Part shown: in pieces, positions 1 through 14,095 of the stretch
Layout of the letters: each line of letters starts with the position of its first letter
How positions within the stretch are numbered: position 1 is the stretch's first letter
Assembly: GCA_951406725.2 (NCBI GenBank)
Contig: OX597815.1
Span: forward strand, 54,064,001 to 54,128,000
DNA: 64,000 nt
DNA from: Octopus vulgaris
Taxonomy: Eukaryota
Direction of reading: 5' to 3'
Made by a program: the position numbers and the translations under genes
Notes under the pieces: model-generated
Told to the model about the DNA's origin: nothing
Seen by the model: the letters and a program-made list of their open reading frames with translations, nothing else
The model's database searches: none

Positions 1-1334
1 TTCAAGCAGGAAGATAATCACATCTCCATATACATTAAACTGCATATTGACATAAATACATAGTAGGTTAACATATTCCAATACACATATGCTTACACGT
101 ATTCGAACGAATACTCATACACTTAGGCACGCACATATATAAATGCACACAAATATACACACATACACAAACACACACACACAATAATGACTACTATGCT
201 TGCAGGCTTGTGAATAATCTCTTTTCTCTGAATGTCTGTCGCTATGGAAGATGACCGTTCTGTTAACACAAATAAAACATCAATAAAAATCCTTTCACAA
301 AAGCAGAAAGCTTTAAAGAAAATTCAATAATCTATTTAATTTATATTAAAAGAATACCGTAAAATTGACAACTTCAGAGACTAACAATATCGTCAGCACT
401 ACAGATGGTAGAATTTTCAACCAGCAACTTCGCAACAGGATAACATAGAAATAAAATATGAAGATATTAAGAAATTTTATTCATCGTTTGTTACCGATGT
501 TTTTATTTTTCGCCTACTTCGGTATGTTTATTTTACAGTAAAGGAAGCATTGTGTTATATTAGACATGAATGTGTAACACAGAATGAGATACTGACAGAA
601 ACAGCACAACAGTAAAAGAAGTGAAGCAGAAAAAAGAAAAGATATAGAGAAAGAGATACAAACAGACGGACAGACACAAGCAAGGGACTGCGAAGTAGAA
701 GCTAATTATTTTACTGCGAAGTAAAAGGAAGCGAACGAAAGTAACGGGGAAATGGGGAAAAGCAAACAAATATTATAGTAAAAATATCATAAAACAGTGG
801 ACATTTTAAGTCAATATGGAAATAAAATATCTTGTTATATGTGGTCACACATTATTCAAACAATATATGTAAAAGTACAAACGTGTATGAATACATAAAT
901 TTATAGGTGCAAAGATAGAGTTTGTGGTTAAGATTCTGATTCAGAAATAGTGAATTCCTGTTGCGCCGTTTGCTCAATATCTTTTTTGTATAATTTCCTG
1001 GAAGGAAAGTGGTCAACCCCCTACTGTATAAACAGACATATATATACAAACACACACATACACACATTAATATGTGCGTACACACATGCACACTCTTACG
1101 TACGCAAATAAGTGTATTTCCATATGAATTTGAACACACACACACACAAATACAGCTATATCAAATTCCATACAACATAATTTCTTGATTTATTAAATTC
1201 CTGTCTGCGCCTAGAAGATACCTCATGATTACCAAATAAAGTGCAATTAAAGTGTGTTCCACATGAAAAAGGGAGATATTAAGAAAATCTTTCAAGTTAT
1301 TAAAGAAAAGGACTGGCTTATTTTCACGGAACAA

Positions 1335-1394
1335 GAAGATAGTTATGAACATGTTTTTCAGCCTCAGTAGACGTCATCAGCTTGACAACTGTTC
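1335..1394 (-). ncRNA. Degenerate minimal hammerhead-ribozyme-like motif
   Basis: Minus strand reads AGUUGU-caag-CUGAUGA-cGUCU(acug)AGGCu-GAAA-AACAUGU-UC-AUAACU. The core boxes, a palindromic AACATGTT stem III and a 6-bp stem I are present, but with extra nucleotides. Confidence 0.35.
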
Positions 1395-2251
1395 AAACTC
1401 ACCTCCAATAGCCAAATACCTTAGACTAATACGAAAAGAGGGGAAAACTTGGAAAATTTGCATGAATGAAAAATAGAGAAATAATTCAGAGTAGCCATCA
1501 CCGTGGATCTGAACAACTTAGACTAATATATCGCGACAGATATATCAAATACCATACAATATACTCGATTTGTTAAAATGACTCTCAGTCTCTAGATGAT
1601 GTTCATATTTATCAAATTGTTATTAAGACTAGCTCTACATGAGAATGATATACTTGTATGATTGTGAGATTGTGTACTTAAGTTGACAGTTTAAATAATG
1701 TAATTTATGTTTGTGATACTTTATGAGTTATAAGTTAGTGACCCAGTGTTCAAGAATATAAAGTTTCGTGTGAAGCGTATTTTTGTCTTGAAGTCGACAG
1801 GATCGATTAAATCTTTGAAGGCAATTATTCTGTATGTCAGTTGTCAGATGATTGAGACTTGTCGTAGAACCAAAAGGAATATTTTCAATGCATGAACTGA
1901 TATCTATATAATAACAAACGTCTGGAGCTCAAAATAAAACGGAAACCACTTTGTAAGCAACAGTGAAGAAATTAAATGCATCTAAAAAAAATGCATTTAA
2001 GGATCACATCCAGACACAGATAGAGGAAAGTAAGAGTCAAATAAAGCACGTTTATGTACATGGTTCTTGAACCTGCTAGAAATAGCTGTAAAGTTCGCAC
2101 TAATCAAATGCTATTGTCATAGATGTACTTCCAGTAAAATGTGTTTGCTAACGCTGGAATGCCTTTAATAATACATCTGCTTTCTCAAGGAGACGTAGGA
2201 CTGAAAAACGATGACAGCACCAACGAAGAGATGATTCAATGCAACATCTCT

Positions 2252-2704
<453 letters not shown>

Positions 2705-2717
2705 CAAATAAATACAT

Positions 2718-3219
2718 ATCTCTCCTCCTTCCACGTGACCGCTGTCCGGCCAGCCTAGATTTTTCTTTCGTGGCCTGACTGCCGACCGTCAACACCTCAT
2801 ATGTCCGTCTCCCATGTTCGTGCCTTTAGGATTTCACTTCATACATGCTAGCTCAGTTTGATTCGTTCTCAGTCGAAATACACCTGTTGTTATTTCTTGT
2901 TTTTTTGTATTCGTAATTGTGTACCATGTTCTCCGTTTTTTTAAATGTTTTTTTTTTGTCTTTGTTGCCGTACACATTCGCTAGCTTTCTTACAAAGGCT
3001 CCAATGCTCTAAGCTCAGACATTTTGGTGAGCAACCAGATCGAACCATCTCAAGTCTAACTGCCCGAAATGCTCGTGACTTCTGGGAATTGACTGAGGAA
3101 AGAAACCCACGAATGACCCGTCATTTTTGCCTGTCTTTCTAATTGTTGTTTCTCTTGTCCGCCTTCATATCGTCTATCTGTCCGAATGTTTTAATGTCCT
3201 CTATTGCGTTTTTGTTCCA
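2718..3219 (+). mobile_element. Unclassified interspersed repeat, 5'-truncated copy (possible solo-LTR-like element)
   Basis: Clearly similar to 3525-3984 and shares its 3' end ...TTGTTCCA, which abuts (TA)n. Confidence 0.6.
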
Positions 3220-3268
3220 TATATATCTATATATAATTATTTATTTATGTATTTATATATATTTATTT

Positions 3269-3327
<59 letters not shown>

Positions 3328-3331
<4 letters not shown>

Positions 3332-3984
3332 GCGGCGTAGGTACACCCTTGTGCTCACTATATAGTAAGCATGTATCTAAATATTGTACGACTATTACTC
3401 TATCTGTTATTCCCCCTCTCTTTTTTCTTCCTTTATCTCGCTCCCAATCTCTCACATTTCTTGGATCTCTCTTTAACTCCCACTATTACCCACTCTAATC
3501 CTTCAATCCCGCTGTCCGTTACCCATCTCTCCTCCTTCCACGAGACCGCTGTCCGGCCAGCCATTATCTTTCTTTCTTGGCCTGACTGCCGAACGTAACA
3601 CCTCTTCTGTCCATCTCTAATGTTCCTGCCTTTAGGCTTTCACTTCATACATGCCAGCTAAGTTTGATTCGTTCACAGTCGAAAGACGCCTGTCGTTATT
3701 TCATGTTGTTTGTATTTGTAATTGTGTACCATACACATTCGCTAGCTTTCTTACAGAAGGGTCTAATGCTCTTAGCTTACACGTTTTTGGTGGGGGCAAC
3801 CAGATCGAACCATCTCAAGTCTAACTGCCCGAAATGCTCGTGGCGTCTGGCACTTGACTGAGGAAAGAAACCCACGAATGACCCGCCTTTTTTGCCTGTC
3901 CTTCTAATTGTTGTTTTCCTTGTCCGCCTTTGTATCGTCTATCTGTCCGAATGTTTTAATGCCCTCTATTGCGTTTTTGTTCCA
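3328..3984 (+). mobile_element. Unclassified interspersed repeat, longer copy (possible solo-LTR-like element)
   Basis: Begins TATAGCGGCG (TGTAGCG-like) and ends GTTCCA, embedded in microsatellites; second copy at 2718-3219. Confidence 0.55.
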
Positions 3985-4039
3985 TCTATCTATCTATCTA
4001 TCTATCTATACACACACACACACACACACATACACACAT

Positions 4040-4089
<50 letters not shown>

Positions 4090-4811
4090 CCAAGGTACTA
4101 TGAATGTAAAGGGAAATTTTGTTATATTTGATAAAATAGTCGTTTGCAGAAAAAATATTATTATCAGTTGATTTAGAATAAAAAGATAAAGAAGAAAATG
4201 AGTCAAGTGAGTTAAAATGGCAACCAAAACAATGACAATGCAAACGGTCACACACATTAATTCAGCTTTAGCTATGATGGATTTTCAATTGTTAATAATA
4301 GTAAAAGACAATGTTGTTAGGAGAGGGATTAAATGCGCGAAATCTTTAACGATTGGAATAAAAGAAAGAATAATACGTCAACACGAGATGATATTGTCAC
4401 TTATGCAGAAATGTAGGTTATTCTCAGCGATGTGGCAAGACTATCATCTTGTAAAAATTTATACAACTTAACCGTTCTGTAGATATAGATCGATTTTTTT
4501 CTGAATTGCTCTTTAGTAATATGGCTTGGTAGAATAAATATGGTCATCCATAGATATGGTAGACTAGATATGGCCATGGAATAAAGATTATAGAGGTTAT
4601 TATTCTTTTTATGCGATTCAGCTTTAGGAAATCTATTCTATTTAAATAATAAAGTATTCAATCAACATATACCAATCAAATGCATGGAGCCAAATAACAC
4701 CTCCTATTGCAATGCGATTGCGAATATGAATCTTTCAATCAATCTATAGATATCTATACACACACATACATACATACAAATACATACATCCATACATACA
4801 TACATATATAA

Positions 4812-4853
<42 letters not shown>

Positions 4854-5743
4854 ATGCAAAGACATACACATATGCTATGCACGCATATGTGTCTGTGTGC
4901 ACGCACGTGTGTGCCAATCCAGTCGAGGTAAATTTTGACATTTATCCGTTTCATGCATTTTCCAGTCCCAAACTGGACGAAATAGTTAGGGAGTTGACTA
5001 GAATAACTAGTTGAGTCCATAGAAGCAACACTGTATCGAGCCTTCCTATTGGATGATATTCATTCTTAGTAAAAGAAGCTAGCCTATATGGTTAATTGGT
5101 AGTTTCTATAAAACAACTAACCTTCTTTTTATCTGTGCTCTTCAGAGGAATATTCAAGGCCCAGGGCTCACGAGACACACGGTAGTTCCGTATAAAGGAC
5201 TTGAGAATGTGTGTGTGAAAGAGAGAGAGACAGACAGACAGAGAAAGAGAAGGAGAGAGAGCGCGGTGTGAGAGAGAGAGTGTATGTATGTATTTATGCA
5301 CAGGGGCAGTGAGAGGATAGTATATTCTCAAAACAAAATATAAGTCAAATACATCTCGCTGAAATTGTCAGTTTGTGTTTGGACTGAGAGAACAACATTG
5401 AAAGCCATAAGCCATATCTGCATGTTGAAGATAGCAGATTGAGATAGCAAAAGTGAAGCCAATTGTAATATACCGCGGACGCAACAGATTGAGTTTCTGT
5501 GAAAAGGAGATGAGACATCTGTGCGTGTTTGACACCAAAGCGTAGAAAAAGTCCCCTTGCAACGATTTTTCATAATCGTTCTATTATAAATATTTTAAAT
5601 TCTAAAATCTGTGCAATGGAGAAAACTAAACTGGGAACATGAGTTAAATTGCACCTGCTTATTTTGAAAATAGCAGTCATATAACACAATCTTCATCCGG
5701 ATTTCATTTGGTGAGTGAGAAAGGACCGTAAGATTTTTGCTCT

Positions 5744-5781
<38 letters not shown>

Positions 5782-6828
5782 TGTGTGTGTGTGTTGTGTG
5801 TTTGTGTGTGTGTTAGTTTGTATGTGAGGGTTTGTCTCTGTGTGTATGCGTGCGTGTGTGTACAGTATTTCATTAAAGAAACCAATAAAATTATTCCATA
5901 ATGTAACATCAATATACAATAGAAATCAGTGAAATCCAAATGGCTTGATATAAAACAACATGAAGCTAAACTTTTGAGTTAACATGGTTACTAAAATGCA
6001 CAGATGATAATAGTTACTAAAATACACTCAGATTATTTTGTGACAGCATCTAAGCAATAAAGAAGAATCGTATTAAGTGGCTCGGTAGTGCATCGGATTC
6101 AATATGTTGCGGTGTTAACTTGTGCTCCTCTAGGTTCTATATTTTAATATTCGCGGAGGTCAGCCTTTATATTGCTTCATAACAATTTAATAGTTGCACA
6201 AGTAAAAGTAAATATTTGTGGTTCTCATCAGCTCTAAATATCTTCACCGATATTTGAAGCTTATGATAGTCTAACAATGTTCACTATTTGTTGATCCCAT
6301 GCTATTCATGTGAGCAGATGACAACTTTAATAAAATATTCAAACGAGATTTGATAATTCAAAGAGTTTACCTTTCAATTTGTAGCGAAGTGTATTTACAG
6401 AACTACTTATACATATACATATATCTATTCATTTATTGTTTATAAATAGTTATAATGCAAAATTATTTGTACAAGTAATAAGATGGCCCCAGAGATGAGT
6501 AAATCAACTTCATGAATTCTCAAGGCCTAGGTACTTCGTTTAGTCTAGTTAACGCGAGACAAATTTTGCAAAGTTCAGTTAATATGTATTGAAATGCATA
6601 CACCTCCCACACACAAACACACAAACACATATGTGTGTACAAACACATACAAATATATATATTTGTGCATGTGTATGTATGTCTGTATCTCTCCATTTTC
6701 GTTGTATATGCGTGTATATATGTATATACATTATTAATCCCGAGTTTGTTTACGAGTCGCACTTTACCGACACTTTTGGGGATTTCTCTCTCTCTCTTCT
6801 CTCTTCTCTCTCTCTCCCTACACACACA

Positions 6829-6875
<47 letters not shown>

Positions 6876-6898
6876 ATATATATATATATATCTATCTA

Positions 6899-6930
<32 letters not shown>

Positions 6931-6932
<2 letters not shown>

Positions 6933-7010
6933 CGCCGGATTGGCTGTGTGGTAAGAAGCTTGCTTCACAACTACATGGTTGCGAGTTCAATATGTGTGTG
7001 TTTGTGTATT
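6931..7010 (+). mobile_element. tRNA-derived SINE family A, head fragment
   Basis: TGGCTGTGTGGTAAGAAGCTTGCTT...GAGTTCAA (A/B boxes) matches the head of the 11663-12060 copy. Confidence 0.7.
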
Positions 7011-7619
7011 TGCGTGTCTGTTTGCTAGAAGCAACAACAGTTCGCTAGTGTGTGTGTGTGTAAATTAGCGTTTATGTATTGGTGACATCATTCATTGGTG
7101 TATGCGTATATATATATATATTGTTCATTCTGTATTTCTTGTTGGTTTTAATAATTGGATTCTTGATTTCGGTCATACTGAGGCACTGCCATCAGTAAGT
7201 ATGCAAGGAGTCGACAAATGTTTCCAGAAACCTGAGAGATCGTACTTCTAGAAAGTTTATTTCGTGAAACTACTTAGAGTAGCTAAGCATGTACTTGTGA
7301 ACTTTAAACTGACTGAAAGTAAGATGCTTGTTTCAGTCTTTTCTGTACTGCAAGCAGTTTCTGCCTATTTTGATTTACATTACGCGACATTATTTTCCGG
7401 ACATAACAATACTTCTTTTAGCTTCACTTCAGTCAATCTCTTCAAATTTATTTAAATTTTCTAGTGCAAGGGCAGCATGCAGTAATCCAATACGTATTAT
7501 CTTCCAGGAAACCTTGCTTTACTTGAGAAAAACCTTTCAGATGAAAGTGCATTCGAAGGAAATAATTTCTTTATTCGAAGGAAGTTGTTGTTTTGAAGAT
7601 TTCGTAGTCTACAGTGGAA

Positions 7620-8200
7620 TATATCTTTAAAATGTTTATAACTGGAAGAAGAAAAGAGAAAAACAGCCGCTCGGGAAGAGAATACAAAGGCGAATGAAGA
7701 TGACTTTGTTCTTTCTATTGGCAGCTGGAGAAAAGGTAATGACACAGAAGGTGAAGGAGAAATGTGAAATGGATGTAAATATTCGAACAGTTGAAAGAAC
7801 ATTGAAAAAAAAACTAGATATCAGTATGGAAATGCCAAAAGAAAAATTCGTTTCAGCAAAAAACATAAGAAGGCAAGGTTGAACTGTGCAAAATTATGAT
7901 TAACTACTTTTGTTGGATTTTACCAAAGTAATTTTACCAAGAAGTGATTTAAGTTCGATGGACACGAGGACTGGTGTTCTAAGGCAAGGAAAGGTGAATC
8001 AGAGACACTAAACAAAAGGCAGCTGAACAAAAGGCAGATAGGCGGAGATGGAGTAATGGTATGGAGCAGTGGATATTTTTGAACAGAGTGACTGAAAGGA
8101 AGGCAGAGTAGCAAAAGTCTTGCCTGTATTAGAGATGAAACGGGAGATAATTGAATCCTCTAACAAGATAACTGCAGCATTCACTTGTCAAAAACATTCA
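7620..8200 (+). pseudogene. Highly degenerate Tc1/Tc3-like transposase remnant
   Basis: Fragments VNIRTVERTL, K*FKFDGHEDW (cf. KKFNLDGPDG), KRQIGGDGVMVWS (cf. GGGSVMVW) and *QDNCSIH (cf. QQDNAxxH) occur in the correct order, with stops and frameshifts. Confidence 0.65.
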
Positions 8201-10507
8201 AGGAATGAATGAAAGACATGAAAATAAGGAATGGCCGTCGAGAAATTCAGATTTGAACATAACTGAAAATATATGAGAAATGTTGACACAGCTGGTGTAT
8301 GAAGGACTAGAAGTGACAAGTGAGGTAGAATAATAGAAACGGATTTTTGGATGTAAAATATAACTGAAAACAAAGAGATGTGATAATGAACATGGTTGTT
8401 CGTTAAACGAACGAATAGTACAAGCATTCAGAAAGAAAGGTGAGTGTGTGGACTACTGAACCTGAGCGGTAATCTGTCCAATAAATATTGTCACATGATT
8501 TTAATAAAATTTTTCCAAAATACTACTTAACAAATGCGCTCAGGGAAGCAATCGCAACATGAATATTTTGCACGTCTGAATTGTTTTACTCTAAAAATAT
8601 GTTTATCACTAAGTGTCTGTAATCACTACTCCACAGGTGTCCGAAAAAATGTGATGATTCCAACAAACATTTACAGATACGGATAAACACTGGCACACAC
8701 AAACACACGTATGACAGCATTTCTGTACAATTTTTAAATTGGCTTTAGTAGAATAGAAAATATTTGTCTAATTTACCGCGAAATGAGATCGAACTTGGTA
8801 TGACTTGGTTGCAGAAAAAGCTTCTTAAAAACACAAGCACACCTACGCTTATATTAACATTTAGCAACCATATTCTTGTTTAGCAATGATTCAAACTCAT
8901 CAGGAGTGAAACATGTTTCACTATAAAAATAAAATTAAGGATTATTTGACAAGGAAAGATAAATTTGTATTTTCCGTGAATTCTAATGATTTAGGTGAAA
9001 CGCTTCCTAGAAAAGAGACATAAGTTGCTTCTCTCCATGTTTAAACCTCTCCAAAATAGTAAATTGTATCATGACTCTTTAAGCTTCTGAAATTTATTGA
9101 AATATTTTTATTATATTTACATAGAACCTTTTTTTTTAACAGCAGCTTAGAACTTTTGACTTCTAGAATTATCTTCGAAGATATTTAATGAAAATTGCAT
9201 TATCTCTAATAATCAGCTAGGAACAGACAATACGTCAATGCTGACATTATCACAGTAACAATCGATATTGCCGTAAAATGGCCAGTGAATTCGTGATCTT
9301 TATCAACACCTTTGCATACAACTCTAAAACTCTTTTACACTGGGTCTAAAATATGTTCAAATTTGTTGACATATAGTGAACTTAATATCCTTCTATAATC
9401 TTTATACTACGCCTAGTTGTCTCGAACTAAATTTCATAAAATGACTCATAAAATTATCATATTGTAGCGATGTTTCTGTAAACTTCCGGAGATTCGACTT
9501 TAATGGGAACGTAACACAAAAAAGACATCAACACTTACCGCCATAAATTTCAAATGGAGCGAAAGATAGTTATAGCTCAAACCAAAACATTTATTGAGTT
9601 ACGATGATAAATGACAACTATTAAGCATAAATAAGAGTAAAATGTTTTAGTACCTTTCAGTTTAGTTACAAAACAAAATCTTTATATTAAAAAGTAATTC
9701 CCAATTGTTCTCAATTTTGATGATTATTTCTTCTTCCGTTCGATCACCGTCTATTTTAATTTAATTTTGTCAGGAAATGCCAACTTAGATTGTCTGATTT
9801 CTTAAGATGACGGGACTTTTTTTTCTGTAATAGCTTCGAAATTTGGTAAAACTATTATTATGATACGTTGACGGTACAGACAACAAATAAAACACTAAAT
9901 ATGAATTGGAAACTGAATACTAATACTGAAAATAAAGAAAATCAAAATATGAAATGAAAATCTATTTGATATATACTAATGGAACGGCTCTTTAGATCCT
10001 GATGTGAAGAGAAACTTAGATTGAACACAATAAATTATAAAGTTTTCTATTGTTATGTAATGATTTAAAGTTCTCATTTGGGAATAAGTACTAGTATTAT
10101 ATAGTTTATAACATTAACACCCGCAACCGTTTTCCAGTATGAGAAATAAATTGCGTACTCTTATTGGTTCTAAATACAAATACAGACATCCGTGCGATCA
10201 TGTATACATCTATCCATCTATCCATCCATCCATCCATCCATCCATCCATACATACATACATACATACACACATACATATATATATATATATATCCACTCA
10301 CACACACACACACACACATAGAAGAAACGTGAATATATATATATTCACGTACAAATATATGAATGCATAGATATATTCATACATATATGCATACATGTTA
10401 TACTGAAGCTTAAAAAATTACTTAACTTTACACGAAGTTTCTTTATTGTCGGCAGATATACCTGCGTTTTAGCGTATCTAAGTAGTAATATTTTCATATT
10501 CAGTTCA

Positions 10508-10700
10508 AGGTAACGAGCCGACAGAATTGTTAGTACGCCGGGCAAAATGCTTAGCGGTATTTCATCCGTTTTTACGTTCTGAGTTCAAATTTCGCCGAGG
10601 TCGACTTTGCCGTTTATCCTTTCGGGCTATAGAATATAAGTACCAGTCAAGCACTGAAGTCCAAAATTTCGAACCTTGTGTCAAAATTTGAAACCAATAT
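10508..10700 (+). mobile_element. SINE family B
   Basis: GAGTTCAAATTTCGCCGAGGTCGACTTTGCC...TAAGTACCAG core, shared with 28572-28800 and 36598-36826. Confidence 0.75.
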
Positions 10701-11137
10701 TATCATATTCAGTAGAAGAGAACTTGAATTTTATACCAGGCTTTACAAAACAAACAATATCCTTTGAGGGTAGCTAGAAATATAGTTATTAACAGGAAAA
10801 ATGCATAACTATCACGTTAAACACCCTCTATTACATGACCCGGTGGAGTTCAAGCAATTATAGCAGAGATATTACATAGTATATGTGTGCCTTGTTTATG
10901 CCTCTGTGAGTTTAGAGAATGAGAGCGAGCGGGCGAGCGAGAGAGAGAGAGAGACGTATACATGTATGCACACATGTGTGTATGTGCGTGTATAAAAGAA
11001 TTAAAATCTGAGTTGTGTCCTCATGAAGCAGTACTCTCTCTCTCTCTCTCTGTATATATATATATATATATATATACTTACACACACATATATGTTCACA
11101 TATATATGTACAATATACTATGTATACATATGCATGC

Positions 11138-11180
<43 letters not shown>

Positions 11181-11662
11181 AAAGAATTACATATGTATGC
11201 GTGGACGTGTGTGTCTATTTTTGTATCTAGCAAACAAGGAATAGAAGCAGCATAAAGGTCGAGCAAGATGGAATTTCCGAAAATAACTATAAATAAATCC
11301 ATCTCAATCCATAATTTCTATAAAGTTCAGCTGATATAATAGAAACCAGACAATCGACTGTCATGCAGAATAACTATCAAAGCAGCGGCTTTCCAACTGT
11401 CAAGTATAAGCCCTTGCAAAAGTGTTAATAAAATTTCGCCCCCTTAACATCTCTTTTTATCTCCCTTTCTGTGTGTCTGTCTCTGAGTTAATGAGAGGAC
11501 AACAAAATTGAGTTTACGTCCATATAATTCTTAATTGTTATCAATAATATTAAACAATTTTTTTTAAAAAGCACTGCAATTTTATGAAATCTGTCAATTT
11601 GGCAGAACCTTTTAAATCACCAATGGCCTCTACGAAAAATGGGAATACTGCAGATTTTCGGA

Positions 11663-12060
11663 TTTACTCTTTTACTCTTTTACTTGTTTCAGTCATTTGA
11701 CACTGGCCATACTGCAGCACCGCATTTAATCGAGCAAATCGACCACAGAACTTATTCTTTGTAAGCCTGGTTCTTCTTCTATCAACCTGGTACTACTTTT
11801 GCCGAACCGCTAAGTTACGGGGACGTAAACACACCAGCATCGGTTGTCAAGCGATGTTGTGGGGACAAATACAGACACACAAACATATGTATATACATAT
11901 ATACGACGGGCTTCTTTCAGTTTCCGTCTACCAAATCCACTCACAAGGTACTGGTCGGCCCGAGGCTATAGTAGAAGATACTTGCCCAAGGTGTCACGCA
12001 GTGGGACTGAACCCGGAACCATGTGGTTTGTGAGCAAGCTACTTACCACACAGCTACTCA
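11663..12060 (-). mobile_element. tRNA-derived SINE family A, near full length
   Basis: tRNA-like head near 12060, central (TG)-rich part, and a tail GGTGCTGCAGTATGGCC...CTGAAACAAG(TAAAAGAG)n; many copies in the window. Confidence 0.85.
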
Positions 12061-12191
12061 TGTTTCATATATGCTGAATAGATTTTAGGTACTCTCAAGA
12101 TAAAAACTGAAAATTAAAGTTTCAGAAAGCTAAAGACTTTGAACAGTCTTATTGTGTAAAGAAATACAGGGGACATATTTTGTAATTTATC

Positions 12192-12547
12192 GTGTCTCTG
12201 GAGGGTCATCATGCCAATATAATTAACACATACTGGTTCGATTCCACTCAATTATTAAATATCTGATATTTTTAGTTAAAGCTCTTTCGTTGCTTTTTTA
12301 CAACCTTCTCAGTTACTCAATAGCAATTAACTCTGCCCGTAATAGAGGGCACGTTAGTTCGACCGTTTGAGATGTTGTTGCGCACGCGCGCGTGTACGTG
12401 TACCAGCGTGCGTGTGCTTGTGTATGTATGAGTCACTGAGAAGGTTGCAAAAAGGCAACGAAAGAGTTTTAATTAAAGTGTATATTAGAGTGAATATTAA
12501 TTAGAGTGTATATTAATTATACTGGCATGATGACCCTCCCTAGACAC
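12192..12547. repeat. Imperfect inverted repeat (arms 12192-12319 and 12429-12547), PLE-end-like or MITE-like
   Basis: GTGTCT..GGAGGGTCATCATGCCA and TTTCGTTGC..CAACCTTCTCAG are mirrored in the right arm. Confidence 0.8.
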
Positions 12548-12753
12548 AGAAAAATTTGTTTCAACACACGAATTCACATAAAGAATCTTGCAGATACAAA
12601 ATGAAATAGTTTGTATTATGTCAGTAATTTCATAGCATTTTGTAGGTAAACTCGTTGCTCATTTCCCTTTAAGCGGCGATAAAACAGTATGGTATTGTAA
12701 TGAAGCAGAAGTAAATTTTACAGAGTAATTAATTATCTCTCTGTTCTTATACT

Positions 12754-12877
12754 TCATTTTAGATATATGAGCTGGCTAGAGTCAGTCAGTTTAGATATGA
12801 GCTGGCTAGAGTCAGTCATTTTAGATATGAGCTGGCTAGAGTCAGTCATTTTAGATATATGAGCTGACTAGAGTCAG
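12754..12877. repeat. Minisatellite, 4 x 30-32 bp (TCATTTTAGATAT[AT]GAGCTGGCTAGAGTCAG)
   Basis: Four head-to-tail near-identical units with no spacers. Confidence 0.95.
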
Positions 12878-13219
12878 AAACTACAACAGAATGTGGAAAC
12901 TTACATTATGAAATTATATCGGAACTTGGTTATCATCAGTTATGTTCTTTTTGTCTCACTAGTAACACCTTCCAGTCATATTAGAATCTAGACAAGGATT
13001 TGTTTTGAAAATATGCTTAACATAAAAGTGTGGTACCCGGTTTGATATTTTATCTCTGAAATAAAATCACTTATCTAAGTAACCAGCGCCCCTCATTGCG
13101 CTCCCTTTCTCCATGTGAGCTTACAACGCCCCCCCCACCACCACCACTGAGTAGCAGCAGCAGCAGCAGTGCTAGTGCCCAGTTTAAGAGGGAATGATTT
13201 AAGATACCCTTTCGAATCA

Positions 13220-13370
13220 GTTCCGAGTTCTAATTCCGCCAAGGGGCCGACTTTACCTTTTATCCTTTCCGGGTCGATAAAATAAATACAAGTTGAGCAC
13301 TGTGGTTGATGTTATTGACTTACACCCTCCCTAAAAATTGCCGGCCTTGTGCCAAAATCTGAAATCAATA
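13220..13370 (+). mobile_element. SINE family B, partial
   Basis: GAGTTCTAATTCCGCCAAGG..CGACTTTACCTTTTATCCTTTC..GGTCGATAAAATAA core. Confidence 0.65.
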
Positions 13371-13787
13371 TTTTTGTCTCCTTTGTTTACTTTCCTTCAG
13401 AGTCAATAAAAAAACGTAACATTCATATAGTGGCAAACGTTACATCAACTACAACTCATTGTGAAATGAGTGATCAAATTCAAAACTAACTATTATTTAC
13501 TTTAGTATGTATGTATGTATGTATGTATGTATGTATGTATATTTATGTCTTTCCTTACTTCCACATAAATATATCTTGTGACAGTAATTTTAATTCTGTA
13601 CACATCGTTTACATACACAACTTCATAATCACGTGTTACTATATGAAGCGCTGCACCACGTTGCAAGGACAAATTCAGTTAAATATAACCTACAAATAAT
13701 GAACAACGTGACAAGAGGTTTGTTGAAAGTAAAGAATACATTTTGTTGTAAGCACTAGATTTTTGAAGGGCTAGTACATATTGTTTT

Positions 13788-14046
13788 AACGAACCGCTAA
13801 GATACATCGATGTAAACAGACGAACGAAGATACACACACACACACACACACACACACATACGCACACACATACACACATATACAAACGCACATACATACA
13901 TGGCGGATACCGTTCAGATTTTGTCTCCCAAATCCACTCATAAAGCTAAGGGCTATAGTAGAAAACACTTGACGAAGGTGCAGTGGGACTGAACTCGAAA
14001 TCATGTAGCTGAGAAGCAGACTTGTTATTATACAGCCATACTGCGC

Positions 14047-14047
<1 letters not shown>
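13788..14047 (-). mobile_element. SINE family A, diverged
   Basis: GAACCGCTAAG, CCAAATCCACTCA, GGCTATAGTAGAA and CAGTGGGACTGAAC blocks, as in 11663-12060. Confidence 0.75.

Positions 14048-14095
<48 letters not shown>

Noticed and set aside
3838-3878. Type III hammerhead-like arrangement (GUC..CUGAGGA-AA-GAAA-CCCACGA)
   Set aside because: There is no stem I or stem II, and the sister copy at about 3075-3112 lacks the pairing.
12754-12877. 30-32-bp repeats of CRISPR-like length
   Set aside because: The units are contiguous with no unique spacers, there are no cas genes, and the context is eukaryotic.
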